DNA of 64,000 nucleotides from an uncultured Verrucomicrobiae bacterium (GTDB taxonomy: Bacteria; Verrucomicrobiota; Verrucomicrobiia; Limisphaerales; Palsa-1400), in the NCBI GenBank assembly GCA_963702845.1, contig OY969763.1:1664001-1728000 (forward strand). Direction: 5' to 3'. The notes below the pieces were generated by a model. The model did no database searches. It saw only the letters and a list, made by a program, of their open reading frames with translations, and was not told where the DNA came from. This document shows, one piece after another, positions 60,466 to 64,000 of this stretch. How positions within the stretch are numbered: the first letter of the stretch is position 1; each line of letters opens with the position of its first letter. The translations under genes were made by a program, and so were the position numbers.

Positions 60466-60873
60466 TTAACGCAGCGTAGATGACCTCATAGGAAAAAGCC
60501 GCAACAATGCTAGCGAGCCGATTATGCTCGCTGCGACGCCCGCAGATGCGAACGCAACGAAGGGTAACGCCTCCCCGATTGAAAGACCGGCAAATAGGGG
60601 CAGAGCTACAACGACGGCGTAAGTCCCAATCACCGAGGGCAGCAAGTCAGACAGAGCCTCGGCGCTAAACCCCCTGCGCCCGATGAAACCTCCGCAAAAG
60701 AACATCACCAGAACGGTAAGCATAAAGGCTTCGGGAGCATGGTTACGGCCGTCCCTGATATTTCCCAGCGGTACGAAGGCCACAAAAATTAACCCTGCAG
60801 CGACAGCCGCCAGAATGGCGCCCGTAATGAATCCGAGCGCGTTTCTAAAGAATGATGGTTCGCGGATGTTCAC
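60466..60873 (-). CDS. Cassette gene: four-TM protein
   Basis: Follows R' GTTAAGC; stop inside an R''-like CGTTAAC, rest of attC missing. Confidence 0.65.
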   Translation of the reverse strand: MNIREPSFFRNALGFITGAILAAVAAGLIFVAFVPLGNIRDGRNHAPEAFMLTVLVMFFCGGFIGRRGFSAEALSDLLPSVIGTYAVVVALPLFAGLSIGEALPFVAFASAGVAASIIGSLALLRLFPMRSSTLR

Positions 60874-60879
60874 TGAATG

Positions 60880-60973
60880 GCTTAACGGCCCGGCTCAGGC
60901 AGGCCGGGACAACGGTGTGGGATTGCTAACAGACGCCCGATCCCGGCCTTGCCTGCAGCCCGGCTGGTTTTAC
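60880..60973 (-). repeat. attC site
   Basis: R'' GTAAAAC, arms GCTGCAGGCAAGGCCGGGA / TCCCGGCCTGCCTGAGC, R' GTTAAGC. Confidence 0.85.
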
Positions 60974-61318
60974 CTGTTTCTTGAACTCATGGCTGCTCGC
61001 TCGCGACACTGCCTCATATAGTTCACCGACCGTAAACTCTCTAACTCGGCCAGAACAAAGGCCCAAGAAATCCAAACCTTCCGGGTGAAACAAAAACTCG
61101 TCCGGTGCCAAGCCGAAGGTATCTCGGAATCCGCGCTCCTCAGAGGATAGCACTACATCGAACCGTGACTGGACCTCCTTTAAGATATCCACGCCGTCAT
61201 CCCCGGTAACACCCAAGTCCTTCTCGAACTTTGTCGATGGTACGATCGGAGTCTTGTCCGACAAGCCAGTGAACTCGCGGACGAACTTGACGAACTTTTC
61301 AAAGCTTGGTGCGCCCAT
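60926..61318 (-). CDS. Cassette gene: DUF1493/ACP-like protein
   Basis: TKFEKDLGVTGDDG..FHPEG..FTVGEL; reads into attC. Confidence 0.65.
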   Translation of the reverse strand: MGAPSFEKFVKFVREFTGLSDKTPIVPSTKFEKDLGVTGDDGVDILKEVQSRFDVVLSSEERGFRDTFGLAPDEFLFHPEGLDFLGLCSGRVREFTVGELYEAVSRASSHEFKKQVKPAGLQARPGSGVC

Positions 61319-61335
61319 CGATTCCTTTTCCTTCG

Positions 61336-61508
61336 GTATAACTATGATTATGCGACGAGGTGTCGCGGTAATTTTGATATACGAACGGTTGGTTCATATT
61401 GGTTGAGGAGACTATTGTTCTGCTGCCGCTGGGAATCAAGTTTAACACAACGCGCTCGCGAGCACGGCGACGACATGCCGGAGATCCGCGATTGGAAATG
61501 GAGCGGGT
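61336..61508 (-). repeat. Truncated composite spacer with type A attI-like site (61336-61398)
   Basis: Matches 63131 onward for about 170 bp. Confidence 0.85.
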
Positions 61509-61516
61509 GACCGCTT

Positions 61517-62203
61517 TTATGGGTAGCGCTTGAACACCGGATTGGTAGTCATGCCAAACTGGTTTATGATCGGGGGAATTTTTCCGCCGACGTGTTCCTG
61601 CGAGGCGATTTCATCCACCACAATATTTTGCACCGACGTGTTGGTATTCCCTTTTAGACATTCAAACACTTCCTTACGCTGTGTGTCTCCGCGAATCGAG
61701 AGGTAGATGATCGGTGCTATGTTATCTCGTTGGGCTGGCGAGTTTATCACACGTATCCACACGAAAGGATACTCGTCGTTAACTATTCTCTCAAAGGGAG
61801 ATGGCCCCATCCAGGCTCTTGGCACCAGAATATCCTTTTCGTGCAACCACGTTGGATGGTTCAGAAGCTCAGCAATGTTGCCCAGCGTCATTCCACTGTG
61901 GAAGTGACGAGCAAACATCTGTAGAACTGCGCGACTACGATGATCCACACTATATTGAGGATTGTTAGCGATGTCGTTCCAAAACTTCGGCGGCTCGTTT
62001 GTCAAACCAGAGTCCCGAAGCAATCCCAAAGCCGAAAGCAAGTTATTCGTACTCGCATGGACGTCTGCGATCTTCTTTAGAGCGGTGTGAAATTGCCGTT
62101 CCTGAATATGGGAGTTGGTGGTCGATTGTGCTTCTTGCGGTGTAACGCACCCGCCGAGCAGCAGCAATGCACCCGATAGCAGAACCTTAAGCGCGACTTT
62201 CAT
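61517..62203 (-). CDS. Cassette-type gene: lipoprotein
   Basis: LGGC lipobox. Confidence 0.7.
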   Translation of the reverse strand: MKVALKVLLSGALLLLGGCVTPQEAQSTTNSHIQERQFHTALKKIADVHASTNNLLSALGLLRDSGLTNEPPKFWNDIANNPQYSVDHRSRAVLQMFARHFHSGMTLGNIAELLNHPTWLHEKDILVPRAWMGPSPFERIVNDEYPFVWIRVINSPAQRDNIAPIIYLSIRGDTQRKEVFECLKGNTNTSVQNIVVDEIASQEHVGGKIPPIINQFGMTTNPVFKRYP

Positions 62204-62210
62204 TAACTTG

Positions 62211-62245
62211 CGCCAACAGTTCGCATAGTTTTAATCCGCGAACAA
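62211..62245 (-). other. attI-like site, type B (short form)
   Basis: Identical to the 59570 site up to the internal GTTG, then diverges as GTTGGCG. Confidence 0.55.
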
Positions 62246-62361
62246 GGGGTTTTTGAGGTTCAAGGTTCAAACTTCCGGCGCTTCGTGTGGATAACGCAGC
62301 GCAGATGACAGGCGCGCAACTGACTTTGTCTTTAAGCAGCGTTGGAATTACCAAGAGCGGA

Positions 62362-62457
62362 CGCGAACGCTCAGCTCGCCGATGGCGGCCCCTGCTCGGC
62401 GCCCGATTTGTCGGACGGCGCCGTTGGGCAGCCACCCGGTGAAGCACCGGCTTCGAC
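62362..62457 (-). repeat. attC site (degenerate R'')
   Basis: Arms CTTCACCGGGTGGCTGCCC / GGGCCGCCATCGGCGAG, R' GTTCGCG. Confidence 0.65.
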
Positions 62458-62811
62458 ATCCTGTGAGGAAATTACACGTGGGGTGAAGGGCTTCCTCACC
62501 CACAACTCTCGCTCGGTAAAGGTAAACCTGTACTCAACCTTATCTCTGTCAACAATGCGCAGCCAGTTGTGGCCTGTCCGGCCCGTTGAGGGCATGTGGG
62601 AGACGAATCTGATCGACTCACCATCGTAGCCAACGTCGTAGATTATGAACTGCTCCCCATCGAAGGGGTCAATTCCCGTGACACGAAACTGTCCATCGGC
62701 GACTGAAATCGTGTATTCGGTGCGGGGATAATCGCAGGAATCGTCTGGGCACATGGCAACCCACGTCCCACAAAGCGGATGATCGGGCGTAACTGGATAA
62801 ACGTATGACAT
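62371..62811 (-). CDS. Cassette gene: hypothetical protein
   Basis: ATG 8 bp after R' GTTCGGC. Confidence 0.65.
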   Translation of the reverse strand: MSYVYPVTPDHPLCGTWVAMCPDDSCDYPRTEYTISVADGQFRVTGIDPFDGEQFIIYDVGYDGESIRFVSHMPSTGRTGHNWLRIVDRDKVEYRFTFTERELWVRKPFTPRVISSQDVEAGASPGGCPTAPSDKSGAEQGPPSAS

Positions 62812-62819
62812 GGGACTAT

Positions 62820-62918
62820 GCCGAACGCTGGAACTCACACACGTCGGACCAAACGACGCTGACCGCGAAGCGGAACTGAGAGTGCCATCCGGCGTTGTGT
62901 GCAGTGATTTTGTTAGAC
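62820..62918 (-). repeat. attC site
   Basis: R'' GTCTAAC, arms CTGCACACAACGCCGGA / TCCGACGTGTGTGAG, R' GTTCGGC; related to 58393 site. Confidence 0.88.
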
Positions 62919-63119
62919 ATCGTTTTTCTTTCGTCCAAGCAGTGCATGAACAATGGTGAAAATTATCCAGGCACACGCAATAGTAATGGCTGGTCCGTAA
63001 AACATTTCGGATGTCGAAAGGCCATTAACCAAATCCAGAGAGCGCAACAGTGCGAGCATCCCGACGCCAACAGCGTAAAGAACAAGCGAAAGCGGTAAAG
63101 CGATCTTCAAAAGTTTCAT
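62913..63119 (-). CDS. Cassette gene: two-TM protein
   Basis: Stop inside R''. Confidence 0.65.
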   Translation of the reverse strand: MKLLKIALPLSLVLYAVGVGMLALLRSLDLVNGLSTSEMFYGPAITIACAWIIFTIVHALLGRKKNDV

Positions 63120-63130
63120 ACGCTCACGAG

Positions 63131-63380
63131 GGCTAACAATGATTATGCGACGGGGTGTCGCGGTAATTTTGATATACGAACGGTTGGTTCATATTGGTTG
63201 AGCAGACTATTGTTCTGCTTCCGCTGCGAATCAAGCGTAACAGAACGCGCTCGCGAGCACGGCGACGACATGCCGGAGATCCGCGATTGGAAGTGGAGCG
63301 GGTAGCTCCACACGAACAAGGCGCAATCTATCAATTTAGCTCGGGAGGTTTCACACAGGCTCGCGACTTGTTAGGCGTCA
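63131..63380 (-). repeat. About 250-bp composite spacer ending in a type A attI-like site (63131-63193)
   Basis: Second full copy of 58912-59161. Confidence 0.85.
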
Positions 63381-63399
63381 AAGCACCAGACATAAGTTC

Positions 63400-63849
63400 T
63401 TACTCATCTACACAGCGAACTGCTTCAACGACCTCTATTCGGAAACAGCGAAATGACATCCTTACACCCGCACCTGGCTCAAAACTCACAATAAGATATG
63501 GAGGCAATCTCTCACCGTTTGTGAACGTGCCGCGCTCTTGAGTGTTGATGGACAACTCAACTATCTGGTTGATGTGGTCAAAGCGATCCATCTTAAAATC
63601 ATCTACATCGTGAAAGCGCAATGTGACCAGAACATCGTGGCCAGAATGTGTAGCTCCTCGTTGCGTGGCTCCCAATACTCGAAGCTTCGCTGTCACGACA
63701 GGAAAGACATTGCGGTCATCCCAATCGCCCGGCTTCACGTCGCCGCGCCACAAGTGCAAGTCAAAAATCTCCGCATCATGGAATGACGGCCATTCGCCAA
63801 AAAACGCCGTCAGCTTTTGGCTATCTTGAACAACTGATTGGACGTGCAT
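63400..63849 (-). CDS. Cassette gene: Imm50-like immunity protein
   Basis: FGEWPSFHDAEI..VTLRF.DV..FDHINQI..FRCFRIEV. Confidence 0.75.
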   Translation of the reverse strand: MHVQSVVQDSQKLTAFFGEWPSFHDAEIFDLHLWRGDVKPGDWDDRNVFPVVTAKLRVLGATQRGATHSGHDVLVTLRFHDVDDFKMDRFDHINQIVELSINTQERGTFTNGERLPPYLIVSFEPGAGVRMSFRCFRIEVVEAVRCVDE

Positions 63850-63858
63850 GGGATTGGT

Positions 63859-63951
63859 GCTTAACAACTCAGCTCAGCGGCGGCGGGCCACTGACTCGAG
63901 GATTGTAAACGCAGCGTCCTCCCGCCGTCGGCTGGGGCGCTCTGGTTAGGC
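63859..63951 (-). repeat. attC site
   Basis: R'' GCCTAAC, arms CAGCCGACGGCGGG / CCCGCCGCCGCTG, R' GTTAAGC. Confidence 0.88.
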
Positions 63952-64000
63952 TGCGGTGGTCGTATGTTTTTCATCTGATGTCTTCTGTCTCTTTCTGCGC

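Larger units (their letters stand above)
22090..64000. mobile_element. Genomic island / prophage-like element integrated at the 3' end of ssrA; right end not in window
   Basis: Integrase 63 bp after ssrA; no core genes afterwards; phage replication/terminase genes; no duplicated ssrA end found. Confidence 0.85.

Noticed and set aside
36010..63193. CRISPR array from the recurring 63-bp and 34-bp repeats
   Set aside because: Repeats are separated by whole genes, not 30-40 bp spacers; no cas genes.
58975..63541. Similar + strand ORFs 58975-59229 and 63194-63541 as a duplicated gene
   Set aside because: They are translations of the composite repeat, and the third copy at 61399 is truncated part-way.
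22060..64000. attR duplication of the ssrA 3' end
   Set aside because: No second copy found by eye; the boundary is probably beyond the window.

Overview
Bacterial chromosome segment; gene content and repeat style suggest Verrucomicrobiota (inference, not a database result). 1-21.1 kb is core genome: a class II aldolase with a microcompartment-type tail, beta-carbonic anhydrase, mutY, rnhC, an M20 peptidase, a complete alternative complex III operon (actA-F plus a small subunit) followed by a CcoN-like gene lacking most haem/copper ligands, a CcoO-like gene and a cytochrome c, then a sulfatase, prmA and a peroxiredoxin. tmRNA (ssrA) is at 21738-22089. From there to the window end lies a >41 kb island integrated at ssrA: a tyrosine integrase, a split zeta-like kinase, a NYN-nuclease + NACHT-like NTPase pair, a WYL regulator with a palindromic operator, a phage-type control/replication/terminase module without portal or capsid genes, several long + strand fold-back elements, and about 15 small genes in integron-cassette format. 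The most unusual feature is that cassettes are separated both by canonical attC sites and by about 11 copies of a non-folding attI-like site, with no integron integrase in the window. Gene products were recognised by eye from motifs; small accessory ORFs and all fold predictions are unverified by computation.
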